Translations under genes and position numbers: made by a program
Part shown: positions 49,347-57,912 of the stretch, piece after piece
Layout: each line of letters begins with the position of its first letter
Position numbering within the stretch: position 1 is the stretch's first letter
Notes under the pieces: model-generated
Seen by the model: only the letters and a program-made list of their open reading frames with translations
The model's database searches: none
Told to the model about the DNA's origin: nothing
NCBI GenBank assembly: GCA_032128875.1
Contig: JAVLKG010000005.1
Span: 539,030 to 603,029, forward strand
Length of the DNA stretch: 64,000 nt
Direction of reading: 5' to 3'
Source: Candidatus Melainabacteria bacterium 17Bon1m
GTDB lineage: Bacteria; Cyanobacteriota; Vampirovibrionia; Obscuribacterales; Obscuribacteraceae

Positions 49347-50252
49347 ATGAAAGGGGCAAAGAACACTCTAGGTAAGTTTTTTCTGTGGCAAACAGCGCTC
49401 GCGCTGACGATTGGCACAGCTGTTCCATCGTTTGCAACAACGCTGGTGGAGTTTAGTGTCCCGCAGTTCCAGAAAGAAGTCGCACTTCGCGAGCCGGAAA
49501 TTCAAAAGCTTGGAACCTACGATCTGGCTCTGGTGATCGACAAATCCGCCTCAATGACTTATCGCCTCAACCAACGCAATGCGCCGGTTCCAAAGCCAGA
49601 CATCGTTGCTCAGGACATTCCGAAACCGGTAGCTGTGGATCCTTCAGAGTCGATAACTCGCTGGGAATGGTGCAAAAACCAGGCTGCTAATCTCGCCAAT
49701 CAAATCAAAAAAGTTTTGCCGTCCGGCCTGAAGATAAGCATGTTCTCCAATAACTACAACTCTTACTCCAATGTTGATGGTGGCAAGGTTGAGACTCTCT
49801 TCAATGAAGTCGAGCCTAGTGGTGGAACACATGTCAGCAAAGTGTTAGCACATCACTTTGATGAATATTTCGCTCGCCGTGATGCAAGTGGCGGACACAC
49901 CAAACCTCTCCTGTTGGCAATGATCACTGATGGAGCACCAGAAGATACTTATCGTACGAAAGAAGAAATCATTCGCGCTACGAAACAAATGAAGAGTTCG
50001 GACGAAATCTTAATTGCGATACTGCAGGTTGGAAACGACCGCCGTGCGCCGAAGATCCTCGCGTCGCTCGACGAAGGTCTCGTCGGACAAAGCGCTAAAT
50101 TCGACATTGTCGAGGTGAAGTCCTTCGCTGAGCTTAAGAAGCAAGGTTTGGCGAAAACACTCGCAAATCTCGTCACTAGAGATCATGTTGCTTCATTGCC
50201 GCAAGAGTCGCAAGAGCAGCAAGAGTCGCAAAGTAAGATTGCGCACAACTAA
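49347..50252 (+). CDS. Exported von Willebrand factor A domain protein
   Basis: MIDAS motif LVIDKSAS, GGT, ITDG; signal peptide from ATG 49347. Confidence 0.85.
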   Translation: MKGAKNTLGKFFLWQTALALTIGTAVPSFATTLVEFSVPQFQKEVALREPEIQKLGTYDLALVIDKSASMTYRLNQRNAPVPKPDIVAQDIPKPVAVDPSESITRWEWCKNQAANLANQIKKVLPSGLKISMFSNNYNSYSNVDGGKVETLFNEVEPSGGTHVSKVLAHHFDEYFARRDASGGHTKPLLLAMITDGAPEDTYRTKEEIIRATKQMKSSDEILIAILQVGNDRRAPKILASLDEGLVGQSAKFDIVEVKSFAELKKQGLAKTLANLVTRDHVASLPQESQEQQESQSKIAHN

Positions 50253-50262
50253 GTCATAGTTT

Positions 50263-50306
50263 TCCAAAAAGCAAACCAGAAGAGGCGCCCTGACCGGCGC
50301 CTTTTC
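50263..50306 (+). terminator. Probable terminator after VWA gene
   Basis: AGGCGCC-CTGACC-GGCGCCT followed by TTT (hairpin 50283-50302); A-rich upstream. Confidence 0.5.
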
Positions 50307-50321
50307 GCTTTCAGTGAAACG

Positions 50322-50350
50322 CTGGGAGCGCCGGCGGCTCGCCGGCTTCG
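50322..50350. repeat. REP-like palindrome family A, copy 2
   Basis: CTGGGAGCGCCGGCGGCTCGCCGGCTTCG, 29/29 reverse complement of 26817-26845. Confidence 0.75.
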
Positions 50351-50367
50351 CGTGTATAGGCGTTCTT

Positions 50368-51255
50368 TTACTTGAGGCTTCCGACGAAATCGTTGATCGC
50401 TTTCTGAAAGATCTCACTATCGAATTCACCCAAATCATCGTGACCACAACCGGGCAAAAGAACAATCGTTTTGGGTTGTGATGCCACTTTGAAATTCTCC
50501 TCCGAGCATTCGTAAGGAACCTGTTCGTCCTTCTTCCCGTGCACAAAGAGCACGGGGACACTCACAGACTTAAATGTTGTTGGGTTGTCGATTTTTGTTT
50601 TTGCGAAAGCAGCATCAGGGAAGAGCCAGAAGATTGGCACAATCTTTCGAATCGCAACAGGCAAGCGCGAAACACCGCACAGAATAAGCAGTCCACCACA
50701 TGGACGTGCTGCTGCCGTTTGCGCCGCCACTGCAGAACCAATCGATTCGCCGCAAACAACTATTTTGTCTGCAGGATAGTTCAATTCTTTCCTTGCATAA
50801 TCGTAGACAGTTAGTCCATCTTCCAAAATCGTGTCCAAATTGAAATCGCCCGTGCTCTGCGCATACCCGCGATAGTCGTACAACAGTGAAGAACAGTTAG
50901 CCGTCGCAGCTCTTCGTGCGATATAAGCGCGCCCGATCAAGTTGCCACCAGCACCATGGTTGATGATCATCAGCTTGTCGGCGCCCGGCTTTTTGAAAAG
51001 CCACGCGTGCATTTTGGAACCATCGGGGCAAGGGATGAATAGCGACTGTTTCTTGATGCCCGGCACAGGCTCAACGTCATACGCTTCTTCGGCTGAAACT
51101 CTCGGGTGCAAAACGGCTTTGCTGTAATAAGTGAAATCATGAATCATGTTAAACACGACGCAGTAGACATACACCATTGCGGTTACGAGCAACCCGAGGG
51201 CTGTCATTCCAACGATAAGCAGGACCTTCTTTGCTTTCACCGGCAAACCTTGCAC
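50368..51255 (-). CDS. Alpha/beta hydrolase (ABHD/Bem46-like), N-terminal TM
   Basis: HGAGGN, DYRGY, GESIG, HGKKDE, GCGHDD. Confidence 0.9.
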   Translation of the reverse strand: MQGLPVKAKKVLLIVGMTALGLLVTAMVYVYCVVFNMIHDFTYYSKAVLHPRVSAEEAYDVEPVPGIKKQSLFIPCPDGSKMHAWLFKKPGADKLMIINHGAGGNLIGRAYIARRAATANCSSLLYDYRGYAQSTGDFNLDTILEDGLTVYDYARKELNYPADKIVVCGESIGSAVAAQTAAARPCGGLLILCGVSRLPVAIRKIVPIFWLFPDAAFAKTKIDNPTTFKSVSVPVLFVHGKKDEQVPYECSEENFKVASQPKTIVLLPGCGHDDLGEFDSEIFQKAINDFVGSLK

Positions 51256-51364
51256 ACCTCTTCAAGGTTCCATCTTACCCAGCAATTACTCTTCGTGTTG
51301 TTTAACGAGAGCAAATTTGCGATACTCTTACACTGGTTACCGTTACGAAAGGGTAGGAATTGTT

Positions 51365-52045
51365 GTGCGTTTGGGAGTGCTTTTTGTTTTTTTGGGACTA
51401 ACCATCTTCTGTCTTGTCGCGTGTGCAATGCCACAGCAGGAATCCATACCGGAATTTTGGAATTGGTTTCAGTTACATGAAGAGCGTCTGTTCGAAGTTC
51501 TTTCAAAAAAGCCGACTGATGAAGTGATGAACGAAGTTGGCGACCGGCTGAGATCAATCAATGACGGTCTTGCGTTTGAGGTTGGGAAGGCACCAGAGGG
51601 CAAGTCCGAACTCGATGTGAGCGCTGAGGGGGTAGCTGAACTTTTTCCTGTTGTTGAAAAGATTGTTGCCGCAGCCCCGAAAATGAAACATTGGTCTGTA
51701 GTCGCCTTTCGTCAGAGGACACCCCCGGAAACACTGAAAGATCTGGCAATAACTTTACGCAATACTGAAGGTTCCGAATTTACCTTCGCAGTTTCGGATT
51801 TAAAGGCATCGGCGAAGCGTAAGGGCGACAAAGCTGTAGTAACGCTTTATCTGAAGGGCGATTCAGAGTCAGACGAACTTCGAAGAATGTCTTGGATTAT
51901 GCTCCAGCAGGCCATTGGAGAATACGACATGGTGAAGAGGGTAGATGCGATTCGGTACGCGCCCCTTAGCGAAGCGTCCAAAGAAAACACTGTTCCGTTA
52001 GCTCGGCTGGGCGAGCGATTCGATAAAGAGATGGCGGCAAAGTAG
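51365..52045 (+). CDS. Putative lipoprotein of unknown function
   Basis: Lipobox LVAC; FWNWF...L.FE...SAEG...F..V..IV.AAP...W...AFR pattern. Confidence 0.7.
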   Translation: MRLGVLFVFLGLTIFCLVACAMPQQESIPEFWNWFQLHEERLFEVLSKKPTDEVMNEVGDRLRSINDGLAFEVGKAPEGKSELDVSAEGVAELFPVVEKIVAAAPKMKHWSVVAFRQRTPPETLKDLAITLRNTEGSEFTFAVSDLKASAKRKGDKAVVTLYLKGDSESDELRRMSWIMLQQAIGEYDMVKRVDAIRYAPLSEASKENTVPLARLGERFDKEMAAK

Positions 52046-52065
52046 GACTGTTGTTAGGCCGACTA

Positions 52066-53049
52066 TTATGATCTTCTAGTCGAAAGTTCTAAGAGTTTTG
52101 CTTCTTGTTCCGGCTTCAACCCTGCTTTTCTTTCTTCGTTAGGATTGCGGCTCGCGTCCCAATCTAACGTGTCTTTAATTGTGATGGATAGCGGAGAATA
52201 TGTGAGTCCTGCTGCATGCGCTTTGCTGCAGTCAATCGTTTGAAAGTAGCGATGTTCTTCATCACTGGCTGGAATCCATAAGGGCATTTCCATCCATGGG
52301 GCGACACCAGCTTCTAAAACTTTCTCGTCACTCAACCAGACGAATTGCGCAGGGTTCCCGCTCACAGTCTCGCATTCATTTAGAAACGTACGCATCGTGA
52401 GTGGTCCTTTTGGACCTGTTGCGTTGAACACTCCCGAGGCTCTACTCTCAATCAGGTGGATCGCCCACTTTGCTAGATCTCGAACGTCGATGAACTGGAT
52501 GTTTTTCTCTGGATCGCCTGGTGCGGCAATTTTCCCGCCTTTTGAGACGCGCGTTGGCCAATAGGTGAAACGGTCTGTCGGGTCGAAGGGTCCGACAATG
52601 AGCCCCGGTCTGATGATCAACGCCTTATCGCCGAAAACTTGTTCGACCACCCGTTCGCACCCAGCTTTCAGAGAACCGTATTCTGCCTCGTCTCCGTCAT
52701 CGATAGATTTGACTTTGGCAGTCTCGTCCATTCCCTTTGTGCGGAAACCTTTGTAGACGGAAATGCTAGAGATGAAGGTGTAGTTCTCTACGGCGTCTGT
52801 CATTGCGTTTACGGATTTCGCGACGACCTCTGGTTCATAACCGCAGGTGTCGATGATCGCGTCCCAGTTTCGACGCGAAAGAGCTGAAAGGTCTTCTGTG
52901 CGATCACCGTTCAGTTTCTCAACGTGTTTTTGTTCTTCAAGTGAGTGCGTACCACGATTGAATGTCGTGACTTCATGCCCGGCCGCCAGTGCCGCATCGA
53001 CGATATGCCGCCCAAGAAATACAGTACCACCGATGACTAAGAGCTTCAT
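52066..53049 (-). CDS. NAD-dependent epimerase/dehydratase (atypical SDR)
   Basis: GGTVFLG, FISSISVY, YGSLK, RPGLIVGP, QFIDVRDLA. Confidence 0.92.
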   Translation of the reverse strand: MKLLVIGGTVFLGRHIVDAALAAGHEVTTFNRGTHSLEEQKHVEKLNGDRTEDLSALSRRNWDAIIDTCGYEPEVVAKSVNAMTDAVENYTFISSISVYKGFRTKGMDETAKVKSIDDGDEAEYGSLKAGCERVVEQVFGDKALIIRPGLIVGPFDPTDRFTYWPTRVSKGGKIAAPGDPEKNIQFIDVRDLAKWAIHLIESRASGVFNATGPKGPLTMRTFLNECETVSGNPAQFVWLSDEKVLEAGVAPWMEMPLWIPASDEEHRYFQTIDCSKAHAAGLTYSPLSITIKDTLDWDASRNPNEERKAGLKPEQEAKLLELSTRRS

Positions 53050-53082
53050 TCGTACCTGTTTACTTCGAAAGGGCGCGCAGTA

Positions 53083-53394
53083 TCATTGCACGTCCTGTTT
53101 TGGTGTCGAACACATTAGCCAGAGTGTGCAATCGTTTAGCAAATTGTAGTCACGCAAGGTTTTTACTTCTTCCAGCCGCACTGGACCGTCAGGAGTGGTA
53201 GAGAGAAACGTTACCAAGCCTGAGCGTTCTGCTGATTTCAAAATTCTTGCGGCTCCGGCAACCAAGTTTTTCTCCGTGGATAAAGCATCTCGCACTTCCT
53301 TCAGGAGTTCTGAAACTAAAATATCAGGTGCGGATACTTCAACTTCGATTTTGTTACTCGAGGCGTTTTTTCCAAGCATTACTGTTATTTGCAT
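53083..53394 (-). CDS. Ubiquitin-like (beta-grasp) protein lacking C-terminal diglycine
   Basis: MQITV... and LEEVKTLRDYNLLNDCTLWLM versus ubiquitin MQIFV... and [21 protein letters not shown]. Confidence 0.7.
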   Translation of the reverse strand: MQITVMLGKNASSNKIEVEVSAPDILVSELLKEVRDALSTEKNLVAGAARILKSAERSGLVTFLSTTPDGPVRLEEVKTLRDYNLLNDCTLWLMCSTPKQDVQ

Positions 53395-53478
53395 TTTTCA
53401 ATTGTATTCCAACTTGAAACTCTTACCGTCCTTAGCTGATATATTGAACGGGCTGTGTCGCTAAAAAGCAGGTGTGTT

Positions 53479-54321
53479 GTGAAACGAATTTCTTACGTAA
53501 GTTCATTAGCTTTAATAGCCGTGGCGGTCGCGGGTTGTAATAGCTCGTTTGATGTGAAGACCGACTCTAATTCTGGTCTTACGATCAACTCGACCACAAG
53601 CAATGGATCTGACTCCGTCAACAAATCAAGCTGGACAGGCGCTGACGGAAAAATGAATTCGATTAGCAATGAGACGAAGGTGTCTGACGGCAAAATCATG
53701 CGGGTTTCAGCGCGCAACATCAATGGTCTTGAGACCAAGCTGGAAGCGAAAGGCGACGTCGTTTTCCTGAAAGGGAAGGCGAGCAAGCTCTCTCCGGACG
53801 CGAAAGTGACTCTCTTTGAAAAACGTGATGGTATCAAGAAAGAGGGAGAATTGCGTTCTGATGGAACGCAAATAAAGGTCTGGATTAAGAAGAACGGAAA
53901 GTTCGAGCCAGGTAGTGCGGAAGATCAAGCTTGGGCTGACAATTTGGTCGCATCTTTCAACTGGGATGACACGCCGGATCCTGAAAAGAAGAAAGAGTTG
54001 GCGACCATAAAGCTTGACGACCAAAGGTTTGCGAAGAAGCTGGCGACTTTGCACTATGCCAAAGACATTACTGAAGTGCTGATGGAGAAAGTCAGCTCGC
54101 CGTCTCTAAGTGCTGCGGAGCAAACGGCTTTGATTGATGCGACTCTTGAGAAAGCTCATTACGACAAGGATCAAAAGGCGATTTTGTTGAAACTTATTGA
54201 GCGAAAAGATCTGGCGAAGGCTGCAAGTACTCATTTGCTCGACAATCTTGAGAAGATTCACTATGAAGCAGATCGCAAGTTGATTCAGCGCAAATTGTTC
54301 GACCGTGCAAGCGCTAAATAG
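53479..54321 (+). CDS. Lipoprotein of unknown function
   Basis: Lipobox VAGC; Ser/Thr linker; C-terminal helical repeats (LHYAKD/AHYDKD/IHYEAD). Confidence 0.8.
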   Translation: MKRISYVSSLALIAVAVAGCNSSFDVKTDSNSGLTINSTTSNGSDSVNKSSWTGADGKMNSISNETKVSDGKIMRVSARNINGLETKLEAKGDVVFLKGKASKLSPDAKVTLFEKRDGIKKEGELRSDGTQIKVWIKKNGKFEPGSAEDQAWADNLVASFNWDDTPDPEKKKELATIKLDDQRFAKKLATLHYAKDITEVLMEKVSSPSLSAAEQTALIDATLEKAHYDKDQKAILLKLIERKDLAKAASTHLLDNLEKIHYEADRKLIQRKLFDRASAK

Positions 54322-54332
54322 CGCTATGTAAG

Positions 54333-54749
54333 CTAACTCCAGAAAACTCTGCACTCGCGAGAGTCTGTAATCGCGTCGTCTGCTGTGATGAGCGGAAGGT
54401 CGAGCTTTATGGCTGTTGCAACAATTAGAGAATCGAAAGGGTCTCGATTGAAGTGTAGGCGGTCGGCGATTATAAGCTCGTCTGCACCCATCTCGCATAG
54501 CGTTACACTTTTGAAGAAGAAGTTGTCTTCAAGCAATTCTTTGTAGGAGCCAATCGCAGAAACCCGGTCCGTTTTTCGCATAAGCAGTGATAATTCCCAG
54601 GCAACCGCTGCGGGAACCCAAATGTGCGTGCCATCACCCGCTTGTGCTGATTTGAACGCCGACAAAACTTTCTTTGGTAATTTAGCGTCCTGCCGCGCCA
54701 TGTACCAAATCAATGGATGCGTGTCTGTGACTAAAAACTGCTCTTTCAT
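54333..54749 (-). CDS. vapC: PIN-domain (VapC) toxin
   Basis: VTDTHPLIW, WEL, DPFDSLIVATA, LITAD; 4-bp overlap with the antitoxin. Confidence 0.9.
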   Translation of the reverse strand: MKEQFLVTDTHPLIWYMARQDAKLPKKVLSAFKSAQAGDGTHIWVPAAVAWELSLLMRKTDRVSAIGSYKELLEDNFFFKSVTLCEMGADELIIADRLHFNRDPFDSLIVATAIKLDLPLITADDAITDSRECRVFWS

Positions 54750-55069
54750 TGGTCGTTGAGCAGCCTTCGCGCAGATTTCTTGATGGATTTCTCAAAGTCT
54801 TCTGCAATTGCCTTGCTTTCCTCTTTCAGGTTGATATCGCCTTCCAGTACAAAAAATCCGCGAGCATCTTTCTTTGGCTTGGCTTGGTTGTTTTCGCAAC
54901 TGCGTAACCATGCATACTCTTCTTCGCTGACTAAAACAGCCGCGACTTTGCCGTAGTCCGTGATTTCAACGGCGCCACCGCCCTGCGCTACCGATTCAAT
55001 GAGAGTTGAAAACTCTTCGCGCGCCTGTGCCTTTCCTATTTTCTTTGGAATTCTGGACGCCATGGGCAT
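54746..55069 (-). CDS. Phd/YefM-family antitoxin
   Basis: AREEFSTLIESV...VEITDYGKVAAVLVSEEEY. Confidence 0.9.
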   Translation of the reverse strand: MPMASRIPKKIGKAQAREEFSTLIESVAQGGGAVEITDYGKVAAVLVSEEEYAWLRSCENNQAKPKKDARGFFVLEGDINLKEESKAIAEDFEKSIKKSARRLLNDQ

Positions 55070-55078
55070 TCTCCAATA

Positions 55079-55117
55079 TGTACAAAATATTGTACAAAAT
55101 GCGGAATCTCTTGTAAA
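55079..55117 (-). promoter_or_regulatory. TA promoter with twin TGTACA operator
   Basis: Minus strand TTTACA-17nt-TACAAT; TGTACA at 55079 and 55091 (12-bp spacing), the second overlapping the -10. Confidence 0.8.
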
Positions 55118-55235
55118 CCAGAAAACGTAATCAGTATTAAGTTTCTACTGTGCTAATCGGTACTTTCCGCCTCCTACGTGCTAAATTTCCTCGCCTGATA
55201 TTGATTTTTGGCTTCTCTAGATAGGGGACAGTGCG

Positions 55236-56264
55236 ATGACCAGCATTACGAATTTCATTGAGCATCATTTTCGCCACTTCAACGCCGCGACCGTGAAGGA
55301 CGCAGCGCGGGCTTATGTAGAACACCTGCGCTCGGGCAAGAAGATGATGATCACGTTGGCTGGCGCTATGAGCACTGCCGAACTTGGATTGTCGCTTGCT
55401 GAGATGATTCGTAACGACAAAGTGCAGATAATCACCTGCACCGGCGCCAACTTGGAAGAAGACATCTTCAACCTGGTTGCGCACGACCACTACGAGCGCA
55501 TTCCCAACTACCGCGAATTAACACCGCAGCAAGAGACGGCTCTGCGCGAGCGTGGTCTCAACCGTGTTACCGACACCTGCATTCCTGAGGATACGGCGAT
55601 TCGCAAAATCGAAAAGCACGTTCTCAAAATCTGGGAAGACGCAGACAAAGCCGGAGAAAGACTTTTCCCTCACGAAGTTATGTACCGCCTGTTGAAGTCA
55701 GGCGTGTTGAAAAACGAATATCAAATCGATCCGAAAGACTCCTGGATGCTAGCTGCAGCTGAAAAGAACCTGCCGATAATCGTGCCTGGTTGGGAAGATA
55801 GCACCCTCGGCAATATCTTCGTATCGCACGTCGTAGCCGGCGAATTGTCCTCTTGCCAGCTCATTCGCGGTGGCTTGGAGTACATGCATGAGCTCATAAA
55901 TTGGTACAACGAAAACAGCAGCGAAGGAAAAGGCATCGGCTTCTTCCAGATTGGTGGCGGCATCGCTGGCGATTTCCCGATTTGCGTTGTTCCGCTCATT
56001 CAGCAAGACTTGCAGAAGCCGTGCCCGTTCTGGAGCTATTTCTGCCAAATCTCCGACAGCACGACGTCTTACGGTTCGTACAGCGGCGCTGTGCCTAACG
56101 AGAAGATTACTTGGGGCAAGTTGGAGGAAACCACTCCACGCTTCGTAATCGAGTCTGATGCCACAATAATTGCTCCGCTTATTTTCCAATACGTACTGGA
56201 AAACAACGAACTTCCTGCTTCCGCCAAGAAAGAGAAAGCGACAGCCACCGCGGGCAAGAAATAA
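55236..56264 (+). CDS. Deoxyhypusine synthase-like protein (possible homospermidine synthase)
   Basis: TLAGAMST, TGANLEED, NRV.DTCIPE, DSTLG, IGGG, GSYSGA.PNEKITWGK, ESDAT. Confidence 0.9.
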   Translation: MTSITNFIEHHFRHFNAATVKDAARAYVEHLRSGKKMMITLAGAMSTAELGLSLAEMIRNDKVQIITCTGANLEEDIFNLVAHDHYERIPNYRELTPQQETALRERGLNRVTDTCIPEDTAIRKIEKHVLKIWEDADKAGERLFPHEVMYRLLKSGVLKNEYQIDPKDSWMLAAAEKNLPIIVPGWEDSTLGNIFVSHVVAGELSSCQLIRGGLEYMHELINWYNENSSEGKGIGFFQIGGGIAGDFPICVVPLIQQDLQKPCPFWSYFCQISDSTTSYGSYSGAVPNEKITWGKLEETTPRFVIESDATIIAPLIFQYVLENNELPASAKKEKATATAGKK

Positions 56265-56272
56265 GGAGTCCA

Positions 56273-56788
56273 TTGGTAAGCTTCACCGACGCTGTTGATG
56301 TTTGGGACCGGCTGGACTTTCAGTTGCTGCTAGATGGCGCAGTGACGCTGTATTACAGCGCAGACATCATGCATGAGGATTGTGAGTGGCTGAAGCAGCA
56401 CAAATACAAAGTAGGTGATCTAGATGCGTCCAATTGGAATACCGAAGCGGCTTTTCATGCAGATGTGAAGCGTATTCTGGAGTTTCCCAGCTATTACGGC
56501 GAAAACCTGAACGCATTCAGCGATTGTTTGAGCGACCTCGAAATGGACGAGGATGGTGGTTTTGCGATTGCGATAATGCATTTCAATTCGTTCTTCCGCG
56601 TTATGCCCGACCGAGCGCAAGCCGTTTTGGATATTATCGAGACGAATTCTCGCCGCCATCTCTTGATTGGAAAACGGCTAATCGCGCTTGTGCAAACCGA
56701 CAATCCTCGCGTGGTTTATGAGCACGTCGGCTGCATAACTCCAAGCTGGAACCCGCGCGAACGCATGGAGCGCAATCGAGGACTGTAG
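56273..56788 (+). CDS. Barstar-family protein
   Basis: LEFPSYYGENLNAFSDCLSD; TTG start with AAGGAG. Confidence 0.85.
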   Translation: MVSFTDAVDVWDRLDFQLLLDGAVTLYYSADIMHEDCEWLKQHKYKVGDLDASNWNTEAAFHADVKRILEFPSYYGENLNAFSDCLSDLEMDEDGGFAIAIMHFNSFFRVMPDRAQAVLDIIETNSRRHLLIGKRLIALVQTDNPRVVYEHVGCITPSWNPRERMERNRGL

Positions 56789-57060
56789 GGGCCATCTTCA
56801 TCGCCGCATCTCTGCGGTGCGGGAAGCGCTGTGCTTAACTGTATGAAATGAGACCAAAAAATTCCGGAATTGACGGAAATTTCCTGGAAAACTGGGAACT
56901 TTCAGGGCTTTAGTTCGCCTATACATTCAGAAAGAGACCCCACTCCAAACTCCGCAGAGTTGTATCTGCATTATGGAATGAATGGAAGTGGGGTCTCTTA
57001 GTATCTAGTTGCGCAGGCTAATTGCTGACTGTAGAGTGCGTTAGACCTTGGTTGCGTGCC

Positions 57061-57912
57061 TTAGACTTTGGTTGCACGCACTTGATCGAGGAAGCTCAAG
57101 TCCAGATATTGCGAGCTGTCTTCTTCTACATAGCCAAGCTCTTTCATGAGTTCGATGATTTGTTTCATTGACTCTGTATTTCGCAGTGCGTCGACGTTCG
57201 GTTTGTTCGCCTCTAGTGATTTGCGAATTATCGCGGAACTTATGCCGATGTATTTGCTAGCAATTTCCGAGCTTTCCTCTGGGTTTTTCAAAACAAAGTC
57301 AGCACCTTTTGCGAATGCCTGCACCACTTTTGATACCACTTCGGGATGCTGATCGCGGAACTTTCTTGTGGTTGTAAGCGAGCATCCTGGCGCTCCTTTC
57401 CAAAGATCGCCTGTACGGCGCAAAACTTTGCCGACGCCGAGCTCTTCCATCATGGTCGCGTACGGCTCCACCATCGACGCTGCATCAGAGCCCTGTCCAA
57501 AAAAGGAAATGATGGCGCCGTCGCCTGACGGCATTCGCAGCAATTCTGCGTTGTTCCATCCCAAAGATTTGATCAAACCCATGGCCGTGAGGTCTTTGAT
57601 GCCACCGCGCAATGGGATTGCTACCTTTTTGACTTCATTCTGCTCAATGCCGTTGCGGACAACAATAGCTGCTTCCTCGCAGCCTGAGCCCGCAAGCAAA
57701 ACGAATGGATATCCTTCCGCTGCCGCAACTCGCGACCACGGCATAACCGCAAACTGGCTTTCATCAGTGCTCAACTTGTGAGGGACGAGCCAAGCCGTAG
57801 CTGCTACTTCGGCCGTTACATTTATGCCTTCGTGTGAGAAAAATCCCTTCTCGCAGGCTACATAAGCTGGTGTTTGACAAACACCTCTTAACAAAGATAA
57901 CTTCAGGTTCAT
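57061..57912 (-). CDS. NMT1/SsuA-like substrate-binding-fold protein, no adjacent permease
   Basis: PAYVACEKGFF..EGI, DAASMVEPY, HPEVV..VV.AF; start uncertain (57912 or further upstream). Confidence 0.85.
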   Translation of the reverse strand: MNLKLSLLRGVCQTPAYVACEKGFFSHEGINVTAEVAATAWLVPHKLSTDESQFAVMPWSRVAAAEGYPFVLLAGSGCEEAAIVVRNGIEQNEVKKVAIPLRGGIKDLTAMGLIKSLGWNNAELLRMPSGDGAIISFFGQGSDAASMVEPYATMMEELGVGKVLRRTGDLWKGAPGCSLTTTRKFRDQHPEVVSKVVQAFAKGADFVLKNPEESSEIASKYIGISSAIIRKSLEANKPNVDALRNTESMKQIIELMKELGYVEEDSSQYLDLSFLDQVRATKV

